Source: a virus
IMG/VR virus record: IMGVR_UViG_3300012954_000010
Location: 34,498-98,497 of that record
Reading direction: 5' to 3' (one strand)
DNA: 64,000 nucleotides
Under the pieces are notes generated by a model. That model saw only the letters and a list, made by a program, of their open reading frames with translations, was not told the DNA's origin and made no database searches. Shown piece by piece: positions 39,901 to 48,760 of this stretch; the first letter of the stretch is position 1; every line of letters starts with the position of its first letter. The position numbers were made by a program, and so were the translations under genes.

Positions 39901-42900
39901 AGTAGATCGGAGAATGCAGCACCTTGACCAATTCTGATATTCTCAATGGTGTCGAATGTGATAGCACCTACAACACCCTTAAGGATCATGTACCAGTCAG
40001 ATGTTCCAGGAACATTTGTGATAGCATGTAGATAACCATAACCAGAAGAGTTACCGAACCACTCAACACGGTTGACTGCATCAGAGGACTGAGTTTTATC
40101 TGCAACAAAGTTGCCACCCTGAGGTGCAGTAACCTTGATTGTAGTAAATGTCTCGTTGATGAGAGCAGCATTGGTGATCTCAGGGTTGATAACATTCAAC
40201 TCTAAGTAGTCATTGTTATCAGCAGCAGTGAAATATCTACCAGACTCAATAGTCATGGTGACATAGTTCTGCGTCTCGATCTTCTTGGCATACTGAGTAG
40301 TACCAGTTAGATCCTTTCTGTATGGATCATACTCAACATCAGGGTTGAGGTTTAGTGTTTCAAACTCAGACTTAGTAACACCAATGACTTCATTGGATTG
40401 AACTGGGTTGAAGAATCTCGCCTTGGTTACATTACCAGATACAGGCTTCAGTACCAGTCTCTGTGGTACGAGTTTTCTAGTTTCGTCAGTTCTAGTCTTA
40501 ATTGTGAAACCGTTGATAGGATCACGAGCAGACTGTAGATAAGATGGAATGACATAACGCAAGCGATAGATTCTATCAAGTGCATCACGCTCATCCTTGA
40601 CACGCTCAAAGTAAGAGTCGTTTGTCTTATCAATACCATCAGCATATTCTCTGATACGACCGATGATCTGATCAGTTCCTAGATCGTTCTCAGTTTGTAG
40701 ATACCACTTACCATAGATCACTGGAGCAGTTCCAGGATTTGTGAAAGCGGGATCAAACTTCATAGGCGACTCACGCTTGTTAGCGAAGACGCTGAAGTCA
40801 TAAGTTCCAGGCTGGAATGTAATTTCGTTTACACCAGCTTCAGCATCTGATTTTGTCTTATAGATGGTGAAGACTTTCTCATTGATGTAACGAGCAAAGA
40901 AGTATACATTACCAAGGATTCTACCGTTACCATCAGCAACAGTAGGATCGGCTGCATATGCAGAACCTACTAGTGGTAGTTGACCACCTTCATTTGCTCT
41001 GAAGAATACGGTGTGACCAGTGATGTTAGGGAAAGGAACATCAAAGATGTGTGGTACATCTGTTCTGATGTTGGTGTTGCTGACACCATCAAGTTCACAA
41101 GAATACTGATGGAGATCATAGTTGTCATCTAGGACAAAGTTATAGATGTCAATCTCAACATCAGGATGGATATCCTCAACCTCAGCAGAGTGGATGTAGA
41201 TACCAGCAGCAGCGTTCTCTTTGCTGCTTGCAAGCATGATCTTAGTTTGATCAGAACCATCAAACGCACCGATATTAGAGTAATCCTCTGGTTTTGTAGT
41301 TCTACCAGGAGCAATTACATAATACTTCTCGTTAGTTTCAAAACCATTTGGTAGTCTGACAAGACGCTTGTCAACATCAACATACTGATTGGTTACAGTA
41401 TCATATCGTGGACGAGGTACAAGTCTGACAGCAGTTCCAGTCTCTAGGTTATGTGGATTAGAACCATTGTTGTCTAGAGTCCACACAGTTGCTCTAGCAG
41501 CAAGTTCTGTTGTTAGAGTAGGTGGTTCTGTACGAGCAACAGATGCTAGTCCAGTCTGAATAATCGTAGAGATGTTAGCAAAATACTGACGGATAGTAGA
41601 TGCTTGATCAACACACTCAGGATATGTTGTATGCTGAGTGATTGTCTCGTCAGTTGTAGGTGTGGTGCTACTGTATACACCAGCATCTAGTGTGAAGTAT
41701 AGGTAAGAGTTGGTGCTGGAGCTATTCGCATTAATAGAAGGACCAAACTCTAGACCGAGAGGAACTGGATTTCTAGCAACACTGTCAATATATCCAGGGT
41801 TCTCAATAGTATCAGTGAGAAGTTTGAATAGTGTAGTGATACCAGATGCAATGTCCTGACAGGAACCATTAGAGATAGTTCTAGTTACACTGCCTAGAGA
41901 AGTAGGAGTTGCAACAGCATCTTCTACGATCTTAAACAGAGTGTTGATAGTAACTCTAGTGTCCTCACATGATCCTTCAGATGCAGTCTTGGCAAGATCA
42001 TATAGAGTAATGTTACCTGCGATAGTATCAGTTACAATCTGAGTCAGTGTGGTGATGGAAGATCTTACATCTTCACAGGAACCAGCAGAAACAGTTCTAG
42101 TTACACCAGCGAGAGATGCTGGAGTTGTAACTGCATTGATAGGAATAGCAGCGAGTGTAGTGATAGCAGATCTTACATCATCACATGGTCCCTGAGAGAA
42201 TGTTCTAGTGACAGAGTATAGAGAAGTTCCACTAGTAATTGTGTTGGTGAGTAGAAGAACCAATGATGTAATGGTTGCTTCCTGCTGCTGACATGTTGGG
42301 TTTGCTTGATCAACAGTGATTGTGAGGTCCTTAACCTGAGTCAGAGATGTGTAACCACCAACGGTTACATCCTCATTTCTCATGACCTGAATCATGATGT
42401 CACGAGCTTCGTTGAATGCCTGAATAGTCTGAGCTTCTTCGCCTGCTACATGAGCACCAGTTGCATATAGATTTGCAGCGTCCCAAGTGCGATCATTACC
42501 ACCAAATGCTAGGTTATGTGCAACAACTTTGATGATGTCTTTAATGTCATCAATACAGTCTGCATCATTATTGGTTGGAACAGTGAAACCAGAGTTTGCT
42601 GCTTGCATTCTGCCGAACGCAATCTCTGCAATGAAGTTAGTGTTAGCAAGGATTAGATTCTTAGCGTCAGCTGACTTATTGTTAACAGGAGTTGGTTCGT
42701 TATATGTGATCGTAGTGTCTTTAGTCTGAGATAGACCATGTGAACCAGTGACTAGAACATCTTCGTTTCTCATCACCTGAATCATTAGGTCACGAGCATA
42801 CTCGAATGCCTGTACAGTTTCACTCTCTTCACCGACAACATGAGCGCCAGTGACATAGAGATTAGACATATCCCATGTACGATCGTTACCACCAAATGCT

Positions 42901-45900
42901 AGGTTGTAAGAGATCTCTTCTGCAAAGTCAATGAGGTCATCGATGCAGTCCTGTGGATCACCAGTAGGAGTCGTGAATCCAGGATTTTCTGCAAGCATTC
43001 TTGCATATGCTTCGTTTGCAATGAATGACTTGTTAGCAACGATTAGATCACGAGCGTCACCATTACGGTCTACAAGTGGATCTGGTAGATCATATGTAAT
43101 TGAATTATCAAATGTCTGGGTGTAACCATGTCTATACTGTGATGCAGTTTTAGTTACATTACCTAGACTAGATGGTGTAGTAACAGCATCGATTACAATC
43201 TGTCCAAGAGTAGCAACGCTAGACTGAATGTCATCACAAGAGCTGACAGAGTTAGTGCGTGTTACATTGTATAGGTAAGTGCCCTGACTTGTAATACTAG
43301 ATGTAAGAATATTGACTAGAGTAGTGATACTAGCAGCCTCATTTGCACAGCGAGGAGTGTTAGTATCAGTTGTGATTGAACTGTCAATTACCTGAGTCAG
43401 ACCTGTGTGACCACCAACAGTGATAGTCTCATTACGCATTGCCTGAATCATCATATCTCTCGCTTGGTTGAAAGCGTAGATAGTCTCAGTCTCTTCACCA
43501 GTTACATGAGCACCAGTTGCATAGTAGTTAGCAGCATCCCATGTTCTGTCGTTGCCGCCATATGCTAGGTTGTGTGCAACAACATCAATAACATCTTTGA
43601 TGTCATCTAGGCAGTCATTGTTGTTTCCAGTAGGAACACTGAATGTAGGATACTGTGCAAGCATTCTGCCCAGTGCAATCTCTGCAATGAAATCTTTGTT
43701 TGATAGAACTAGATTACGAGCATCACCTGCTTTATTGTTGACAGGAGTTGCAGGGTTGACAGTGATAGAAGTGTCATAGACCTGAGTGAAACCATGGTTT
43801 CCAAGGATTAGAATCTCCTCATTCCTCATTGCCATAGTCATCAGACTGAGAGCAAATTCAAATGCCTTGACAGTCTGAGCTTCTTCACCAGCAACATGAG
43901 CACCCTGAACATACAGGTTTGCCATGTCCCAAGTCTTATCATTACCACCGTATGCCACATTGTAAGAAATCTCATTAACGAAATCTACAATGTCATCAAT
44001 ACAGTCTTGTGGGTCACCAGTTGGTGTAGTAAAACCAGGATTTTCTGCAAGCATTCTTGCATATGCCTCAGCAGCAATCAGATTTCTGTTAGAAATCATC
44101 AAGTTCTTAGCATCAGCTGCACGGTTAGAACCACCAGCACCAATCAAGAGAACCTTCTGGTTTCTCATGACATCTACCATGATGTCACGGGCATGATCAA
44201 ATGCTTCGATGGTCTGAGACTCTTCACCAGCAACATGAGCGCCAGTTAGATATAGATCAGCAACTTCCCATACTCTATCGTTACCACCAAATGCAGTGTT
44301 GTATGCAACTTCTTCTACGAGATCTGCAATGTCATCAACACAGTCCTGAGTGTTACCAGTAGGAGGAACAAAACTAGGATTGTTTGCAATCATGCGAGCG
44401 TATGCTTCGTTCGCAATCATTGTCTTGTTAGCAAGAATCAAGTTGCGAGCATCGCCACCACGATCTGTTACAGAATCAGGTGCATTGTATGTAATAGTAG
44501 AATCAAATGTCTGAGTTAGACCATGAGCACCAGTAATTAGAACCTTCTGGTTCCTCATTACCTGAGCTGCCATGAGCTTTGCTTGCTCAAACACATACAG
44601 TGTTTGTAGTTCTTCGCCGCTTACATGTGCTCCCTTGACATAGGAATATGCTGCGTCGAATGTCTTATCATTACCACCATATGCAGTGTTGTCTGCAACT
44701 GCTTCTAGGAGGTCTACAACATCATCAATACAGTTGATGTTACCACCAGGGACAATGAATGTAGGATACTTAGCAAGCATTCTCTCGACTGCTTCATTAG
44801 CAATCAAGTTCTTGTTAGCAAGAATTAGATTACGAGCGTCACCATTACGGTCTTGTACCAGTTCTGGTGCAACATAAGTGATAGATGTATCCTTAGTCTG
44901 AGTTAGACCATGCGTGCCATAGATGAACACATCCTCATTACGCATGACCTGAATTGCCATGTCGCGTGCATACTCAAATGCTTTAACAGTCTGAGCTTCT
45001 TCACCAGCAACATGTGCTCCAGACTCGTATAGGTATGCTGCATCCCATACTTCATCGTTACCACCATAAGCAAGGTTCTCAGCAACAGCCTCGATAACAT
45101 CTACAATGTCATCAATACAATCTTGTGAGTTACCAGTTGGTGTAGTAAAACCAGGGAAGTCTAAGACCATACGGTCATATGCTTCTCTAGCAATAAAGTT
45201 TTTGTTAGTTAGGATCAGGTTACGGGCATCTCCGTTACGATCACCAACTAGTTTCTTAGTAGAATAGGTTGCCTTCTGTCCAAGCTCAATCTCAGTAGAA
45301 CTAACAACACGCTTAACATATGTGTCATTAGGAATAACTGGAGATGCAGGACGGGTTGCACCATTGTTGAGCTTACCATCAGTAAACTCTGATGGGTCGT
45401 AGTCTGCAACACGCATACCCTGAACGACACCAGAAGTATCACCGATGTCAACAATAGCAGAAGATGCTGTTGTAGCTGCTCCTGTACGCAAGTAGGAGAA
45501 GTTACGCATTGCTGCGATTGCTAGGTCTCTAGCGTAGTCGTAACCCTCTAGAGTTTCTGTCAGCTCACCAATGATGTAAGACAGACTGTTACCAACATAG
45601 TAAGACTCTGCTGCTTGGATGGTGTTGATGTTACCACCAAGTCTCAAGTCTTGTACAGTAGCATCGATTAGATAACCGATGTCACGACGGCACTTCTCAA
45701 TAGTAATGCCTTGCTTATCTAACAGGTATGGATACTTGTTAGTAATGTAACCATATGCTTCTTCTGCAATGAAGAGTTTGTTATCTTCAATTCTATCAGC
45801 AGCATCTAGATTCTTATGGTTAATAGTGATACCAGAAGGATTGAGAATATCTGCAGATGCAGTAAACTTCTTGAATCCATTTGGAGACAGAGTTGCATTG

Positions 45901-47750
45901 AAGATATTGCTGCCACCAGCAGTTCTAGGAATCAGTTTTACATATAGTTTCTCATCGCTTCTAGCACCTAGACGGAATCCATCGATAGATGCAGCAGGAC
46001 GAATTCTAGGATTGTATCCTTCATCATCACCTAGGTAGATCTTAGTTTGATCAGTTGCAGTGTTCTGGTTCTTAGTTGCAGGTACATCAAGAGTGTAGTA
46101 AGCAGAACGCTTGATGTTGCCAGTAGTTGTATCAACAACTTTAGGTGGAATAATATCTGTAACATAACCACCCTTGTCCTGACTGAACGCAAATCCTTTG
46201 TGACCAATTGCGTGTAGTGAGGTGTTACCAAAGTTGGAGTTAGAGTTGGTGATCGACATGTCACCACCACTTTCCATTAGGAAGTGATCAGCGAAACCAA
46301 CAGCGAAGATCGAAACGTTCTGGATGAATGCATCTTCAGATGCACGAACATGGAAGTTTCTCCAGTCATCTTTCCAGAATGCATCACCCTTGGTGTGATA
46401 TGGAGTGGTTGCAAAAGCGTCTGCTAGAGATGCTTGGTTGAATGTGTTAGAGTATTCATCATAACGAATGAACGCTCTATCGTCTTTCTGCAGCGACACA
46501 CCCGTGTACTGCGCGATAACCATCGACTTGAATCCAGTCGCCTTCAGACCATTTGCCCAGATACCACAAATACCCCAAGTAGATCGGATGGAGCAGTTGA
46601 AGACATATGGAGATGCAGACTCAACAGAGTCAACTTCTGCTTTGACGATAGCGTTGGAACTTAATCCATTCTGAGAAGTGTAGGTAGTTCCGCTAACAAG
46701 ACTGACATTAGTTCCTAGTGCAGCAACAGTTCCAGGAATTTTGTAAGTAAACTTACGCTGGTCAACTAGGTCAATCTCACTGATAGAGAAAGCACCGTTA
46801 AGTTGATCATCAAGACCATTGTTTTCAATAGCAACAAACTGGTTCCTAAAGTAACCATGGTTAACTTTGGAAGTAACTTCAACACTAATAGTACCAGCAG
46901 GACTGGAGTCTGTTAGTTTGATGCTCTCAATAGAACGGAAGTCAGACAGAGGTCCAACAATTCTGTTCTCCTCAATTCTCTCGCTGAATTCACGAGGATC
47001 ATCAATAGTTGGTTGATATTGTGAGAATGCCTTAGCAATCTTTTGATAATACAGACCTAGTTCTTCTTTGTCTGCATATTCAAATACAGTTAGTTTGTGG
47101 TGAGAGTAGTTAGGAACTGCTTTCTGGTCCCAATAACCATTCTGATAGTATACTTTACCGATACCATCAGTCTTGTCAAATAGAGGAGAAGATGGTTCTA
47201 AGTCACCATCCTTAATAGTAAACTGCCAGAAGTAGCAAGCACCTGTTACATTAAAGATAGCGGATCTCTTCTCTAGCCTGTCAGCAGGGTCAGGAACATA
47301 GAGGGGGCGAACAACAGTGCGGCGCAGATCGTAACCAACCAGAGATGAACCACGAGGAAGAATAGCGCCACCCTCGGTATTGTTGAAAAGATAGAGAACA
47401 TTGTTAGGGTCCGAAATATCTAAGTTAGAGTTATCGGTCCACAAATTCATCGCCTGATCAAAGGCGAAAGGATCGATACCATTTGTATCTACAATACCTG
47501 GGCGGTTATCAATATAGTGGTTACCAGGCATCAACATGATAGTGAACTGGTCAAACCTATCATTGTCTGGTCCAGGTAAGTATGAGTACCTGGCAATTTC
47601 TAAGAATGCACGCTGAATCGACTTGAAGGGTCTGATGGGCGAGTTGCCTCTATTATTCAGCTCATCTGTCGCATTAAAGTCGTCAGGTGAGACATAAAGA
47701 TACTTACCAGTCTTAGAGCTGATAAGATTATCAAGTCTTGTCAAAGCCAT
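33984..47750 (-). CDS. Giant virion structural/fibre protein (~4,590 aa)
   Basis: Start MALTRLDNLIS at 47750, downstream of the TATAAATA promoter; YVSP.D..ATD...NRG....PFKSIQRA N-terminus; internal repeats; C-terminal GWWLMEL. Confidence 0.85.
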   Translation of the reverse strand: MALTRLDNLISSKTGKYLYVSPDDFNATDELNNRGNSPIRPFKSIQRAFLEIARYSYLPGPDNDRFDQFTIMLMPGNHYIDNRPGIVDTNGIDPFAFDQAMNLWTDNSNLDISDPNNVLYLFNNTEGGAILPRGSSLVGYDLRRTVVRPLYVPDPADRLEKRSAIFNVTGACYFWQFTIKDGDLEPSSPLFDKTDGIGKVYYQNGYWDQKAVPNYSHHKLTVFEYADKEELGLYYQKIAKAFSQYQPTIDDPREFSERIEENRIVGPLSDFRSIESIKLTDSSPAGTISVEVTSKVNHGYFRNQFVAIENNGLDDQLNGAFSISEIDLVDQRKFTYKIPGTVAALGTNVSLVSGTTYTSQNGLSSNAIVKAEVDSVESASPYVFNCSIRSTWGICGIWANGLKATGFKSMVIAQYTGVSLQKDDRAFIRYDEYSNTFNQASLADAFATTPYHTKGDAFWKDDWRNFHVRASEDAFIQNVSIFAVGFADHFLMESGGDMSITNSNSNFGNTSLHAIGHKGFAFSQDKGGYVTDIIPPKVVDTTTGNIKRSAYYTLDVPATKNQNTATDQTKIYLGDDEGYNPRIRPAASIDGFRLGARSDEKLYVKLIPRTAGGSNIFNATLSPNGFKKFTASADILNPSGITINHKNLDAADRIEDNKLFIAEEAYGYITNKYPYLLDKQGITIEKCRRDIGYLIDATVQDLRLGGNINTIQAAESYYVGNSLSYIIGELTETLEGYDYARDLAIAAMRNFSYLRTGAATTASSAIVDIGDTSGVVQGMRVADYDPSEFTDGKLNNGATRPASPVIPNDTYVKRVVSSTEIELGQKATYSTKKLVGDRNGDARNLILTNKNFIAREAYDRMVLDFPGFTTPTGNSQDCIDDIVDVIEAVAENLAYGGNDEVWDAAYLYESGAHVAGEEAQTVKAFEYARDMAIQVMRNEDVFIYGTHGLTQTKDTSITYVAPELVQDRNGDARNLILANKNLIANEAVERMLAKYPTFIVPGGNINCIDDVVDLLEAVADNTAYGGNDKTFDAAYSYVKGAHVSGEELQTLYVFEQAKLMAAQVMRNQKVLITGAHGLTQTFDSTITYNAPDSVTDRGGDARNLILANKTMIANEAYARMIANNPSFVPPTGNTQDCVDDIADLVEEVAYNTAFGGNDRVWEVADLYLTGAHVAGEESQTIEAFDHARDIMVDVMRNQKVLLIGAGGSNRAADAKNLMISNRNLIAAEAYARMLAENPGFTTPTGDPQDCIDDIVDFVNEISYNVAYGGNDKTWDMANLYVQGAHVAGEEAQTVKAFEFALSLMTMAMRNEEILILGNHGFTQVYDTSITVNPATPVNNKAGDARNLVLSNKDFIAEIALGRMLAQYPTFSVPTGNNNDCLDDIKDVIDVVAHNLAYGGNDRTWDAANYYATGAHVTGEETETIYAFNQARDMMIQAMRNETITVGGHTGLTQVIDSSITTDTNTPRCANEAASITTLVNILTSSITSQGTYLYNVTRTNSVSSCDDIQSSVATLGQIVIDAVTTPSSLGNVTKTASQYRHGYTQTFDNSITYDLPDPLVDRNGDARDLIVANKSFIANEAYARMLAENPGFTTPTGDPQDCIDDLIDFAEEISYNLAFGGNDRTWDMSNLYVTGAHVVGEESETVQAFEYARDLMIQVMRNEDVLVTGSHGLSQTKDTTITYNEPTPVNNKSADAKNLILANTNFIAEIAFGRMQAANSGFTVPTNNDADCIDDIKDIIKVVAHNLAFGGNDRTWDAANLYATGAHVAGEEAQTIQAFNEARDIMIQVMRNEDVTVGGYTSLTQVKDLTITVDQANPTCQQQEATITSLVLLLTNTITSGTSLYSVTRTFSQGPCDDVRSAITTLAAIPINAVTTPASLAGVTRTVSAGSCEDVRSSITTLTQIVTDTIAGNITLYDLAKTASEGSCEDTRVTINTLFKIVEDAVATPTSLGSVTRTISNGSCQDIASGITTLFKLLTDTIENPGYIDSVARNPVPLGLEFGPSINANSSSTNSYLYFTLDAGVYSSTTPTTDETITQHTTYPECVDQASTIRQYFANISTIIQTGLASVARTEPPTLTTELAARATVWTLDNNGSNPHNLETGTAVRLVPRPRYDTVTNQYVDVDKRLVRLPNGFETNEKYYVIAPGRTTKPEDYSNIGAFDGSDQTKIMLASSKENAAAGIYIHSAEVEDIHPDVEIDIYNFVLDDNYDLHQYSCELDGVSNTNIRTDVPHIFDVPFPNITGHTVFFRANEGGQLPLVGSAYAADPTVADGNGRILGNVYFFARYINEKVFTIYKTKSDAEAGVNEITFQPGTYDFSVFANKRESPMKFDPAFTNPGTAPVIYGKWYLQTENDLGTDQIIGRIREYADGIDKTNDSYFERVKDERDALDRIYRLRYVIPSYLQSARDPINGFTIKTRTDETRKLVPQRLVLKPVSGNVTKARFFNPVQSNEVIGVTKSEFETLNLNPDVEYDPYRKDLTGTTQYAKKIETQNYVTMTIESGRYFTAADNNDYLELNVINPEITNAALINETFTTIKVTAPQGGNFVADKTQSSDAVNRVEWFGNSSGYGYLHAITNVPGTSDWYMILKGVVGAITFDTIENIRIGQGAAFSDLLADPDFGKSLVIKELIRKNYPEFYYRQNGAPVYTVTPGDIIEDDAGIQYYIESVTDTGVIDDTFYIFDVEEVQRRIFGQQDGIYYLTAVRGNISPFPQGAGNLGNFRNFKFSQPISKLYPLNYKNDPLWYQKLDATLVDPPATYSAADNYVHGLVRVNDFKGSMTKEAMIDLLATPALKNNSYTQVSSTVDNRLIAQSGNAASGSEDRKIPIAGDSTVMSDQRYYVELRRPSIARAGNHTFEYLGFGPGNYSTGLPARQEVVLTATQDFYAQSKKQDGGLVFYTGLNSNGDLYIGNRKIDAITGEEEFLESATLQDSADDDETLGNLVTTFDTPVTFNEYITVNGGEAQDRRSTFNSPVLINVLGTVREAALTISSFVDPAVDDGSLDRNAFLRNQETEGDIVIARNKISAAIFQFNSRRDGQPYKIQTHIVGTSPSNITPDQYGAFNASQIVQYGSAGAPLAGDMLLKGESVGQSGSLGWIYANFFTEIGNTNIYTLTFNNTNIVTIEWGGSLTNDLLGITSGSEIRILGMTDSQVDGTWQVIANGFSGAANTVQIAINNVKNSVQGDNPRLWADEVAANANITMEFSNSNWKEFGVLGAEAIRTNTANIGDYKLGVNTVARSERDSYQTNFIDSNTTPRANLDVVGTAFISGKKVTDYASHSVFANRTQEDRTDALMVGGDAYTPVNEATFRVSTANGGRVGINVTNAELDRALVVDGESRFTGDARFQEDIEVHGGGGSNTAEIRTDITSGNFDIIPDSTFTGALRIAPQGTTLRMLNDSQSDQFLYFGNSSLHSNIWIGNTPHTGTNISKITIGGAYNNNESLSFVNIATKSFKVDGDFQLGNKRGLLDTVRLTSTAGTVEFFAGNSATSVLDFATNASQITIGGQGGSTTIRNNLVVDSSARFNADMTLCGGFASYSFVASRGQAGSTKIAHPTGILGNNLFNSNVDLIDVNRFVSGDPQYNEIDTSGSGNWGGTNYQQEITNIGGNPTIEPQDLPTLTGNQYYLPLLRESLDANGNPYFQENDILLLDSPDSANTATVTTEFGSYTDGNAPQGIITGYEGGVEIAFSGPGTGNGGGFNTGQKYLAFFTNSQETTTGPRSVNFQSLDASFINNNGPVIRIEIDVYVGNNNNGGEVPDRSGAGQEEGLQIRYSTDDGASFTSAGFICPTDLDDFDPSTWPTFVQWIDQSKNYARLSLDMPVNAQTGGVVFQLYQEAISGDSVDHYGITNMRYTTTSVGSNVEFVRVVSLPRISTAPYYLVVEREPFGTFTAVSNAHPDRTAIYKCIVQFDATWTEQPIDDQGNDENVYLAQFGGTIAIGDYVIIGRESSANNSVFDIGEVFKVKTLLSQVAKKFRIKNGCDSNNEETVYEVDSTTGAVKSKGDQELTGSLTIKGSCTTPFTNSPTNKKLTITNGATNPITTFEVDTCTGDTKIGNTHATVFFNAEAFGTSPAAYTADVDVCTVYRFDPQSELTTGPITTLPASIVAATTNIQIASNLDAFMKGDLVAMYVTGSQIEIIQVTDDPYEAGGLFFLPTSSNAAYPNGGRGVEGTTAQNFAAGVQVVKLEKYERTTTLLHDVPATQGDRATALKARTPNTSDLRLELTLRDGDLISPKLDYFTMMRIGTEFFVADSVDGSLDVFYAIKLPKSVRVPNVVTTPIVELYNGGKVTIQDDLTINSGVLRMFGSDGKTLVLSISNDDGHSGDGSIEDPLTNTNGMTLKGAATFYGDLKIFYDDCQMNGICSTETSFRVTNREGNVLMGETFYQKGQLKVDEDATQSIFHIDNLGSAGVGGTEGAKDFRIYQNNAIDSFGIEKYWTGNGGRRHTYVAFDASTGIGQQQDNPLEVNNNYMVNASSGSNMVLYLPDNAQTGDMIRFIELSGNLTYNTSLILRAKKINNIATPIQGDSTGSKIGAGAGQTLTTTWDSGELVVQTRNASFGLVYAGTVDIEGSANARTIPPALRGWWLMEL
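41520..45820 (-). repeat. Eight ~125-aa helical repeats plus eight ~36-aa closing segments within the giant protein
   Basis: DA..LI..NK..IA.EA...C.DD....GGND....GAHV.GEE...MRN units and C.D....I.TL...VTRT units. Confidence 0.85.
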
Positions 47751-47791
47751 ATTTTTCCTAACCTGCTGAGGTATAAGATCCGATCTTCGAT

Positions 47792-47799
47792 TATTTATA
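47792..47799 (-). promoter_or_regulatory. T4 late promoter TATAAATA
   Basis: Exact consensus about 40 nt upstream of the giant gene. Confidence 0.85.
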
Positions 47800-47810
47800 C
47801 CACTATTAAA

Positions 47811-47883
47811 TGGAGAATAGGAGACTCGAACTCCTGACATCCTGCTTGCAAAGCAGGCGCTCTACCAACTGAGCTAATTCCCC
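47811..47883 (-). tRNA. tRNA-Ala(UGC)
   Basis: GGGGAATTAGCTCAGTTGGTAGAGCG CCTGC TTTGCAA GCAGG...GTTCGAG...; G3:U70 pair; CCA not encoded. Confidence 0.95.
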
Positions 47884-48413
47884 ATGAAGAAGTTGAAGTT
47901 TATTACACATCTGACCTGAGCGTCTAGTTGACTAACTCCTCTGTGAAGTCTGTCAGATCTAAACAAAATCATCCTGTTTGCAATAGAGTTGACAATTTTA
48001 CCATCCTCAAACTCAGTATAACCGTCGTTACTATTGACATAATATATGCCAGTTGTCATTTTCTTACTGGGTTTTCCATCACCACCTCTGTAGTCATGAT
48101 GAAAATCACTGTAATATCTTTCTGGTTTGATTGGTTCTAGATTTGCCTTCACTCGATGCAAAGCGAGAATATTTAGGTTATCTAGAATTGGTGTAATTGT
48201 GTCAAAGTGTGGAGATTTTGTCATGTCATAATGATATTGACTCTCTTGCTTGAAAAATGGATGAATGAACTGATAATTCATCATAGAGTCATCATCTCCT
48301 GCTTTCTTACATAGGATCCATGGCAATGGACCAGCAATCATGTAAGACTGCAGTTTTTCATGCTCTTCAGGTTTTAGAAAGTTATCGAATATTTGCATGA
48401 TAAGAGGGGGCAT
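47874..48413 (-). CDS. 2OG-Fe(II) oxygenase superfamily protein
   Basis: FHHD...IYYVNSNDGYTEF...NRMILF...HRG...RCVINFN; true start may be the ATG at 48398. Confidence 0.85.
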   Translation of the reverse strand: MPPLIMQIFDNFLKPEEHEKLQSYMIAGPLPWILCKKAGDDDSMMNYQFIHPFFKQESQYHYDMTKSPHFDTITPILDNLNILALHRVKANLEPIKPERYYSDFHHDYRGGDGKPSKKMTTGIYYVNSNDGYTEFEDGKIVNSIANRMILFRSDRLHRGVSQLDAQVRCVINFNFFMGN

Positions 48414-48424
48414 TCCACCCCCAG

Positions 48425-48670
48425 TGAGTTACTTGGGTAACAAGGCTAACTTGACCCCGATCTCCTTATAGATCAGGCAGCAACAGGGGCTGCTTGACGG
48501 GAGAATGCAACGATGTTGTTCGCTGCGACATCAGATGTGTTTGCATCTATTGGGTGCTTATCCAAGCAGGTTTCAGTCACGCTCCTTGTACCCCGTCGAA
48601 ACCATGGCACCCCCGTGAATGGAAGTGAGGGGAATCGAACCCCTGTCCGAAATGTAGGTGGCGTCACCTA
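48425..48670 (-). ncRNA. ssrA: Permuted two-piece tmRNA (picocyanobacterial type)
   Basis: Acceptor piece ends ...GGGGTTCGATTCCCC-TCACTTCC-A at 48620; 5-nt spacer; coding piece starts GGGGGTGCCATGGTTTCGAC at 48614; G3:U70 pair; tag ANNIVAFSRQAAPVAA* (48523-48473). Outer ends approximate. Confidence 0.92.
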
Positions 48671-48686
48671 TTCCACAAAAGTGGAA

Positions 48687-48760
48687 AGCCACTCAACGGA
48701 CTTGAACCGTTGACCTACTGTTTACAAAACAGTTGCTCTATCCAGCTGAGCTAGAGTGGC
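48687..48760 (-). tRNA. tRNA-Thr(UGU)
   Basis: GCCACTC acceptor stem; ACTGT-TTTGTAA-ACAGT anticodon arm; GTTCAAG T loop. Confidence 0.93.

Noticed and set aside
41520-45820. Repeats as a diversity-generating retroelement TR/VR pair
   Set aside because: In-frame protein repeats with general divergence; no reverse transcriptase in the window.
47751-47840. N-terminal extension of the 4618-aa ORF
   Set aside because: It starts inside tRNA-Ala and upstream of the late promoter; 47750 is the credible start.
48473-48667. 64-aa ORF ending in APVAA
   Set aside because: It is the tmRNA tag frame read through the RNA gene.
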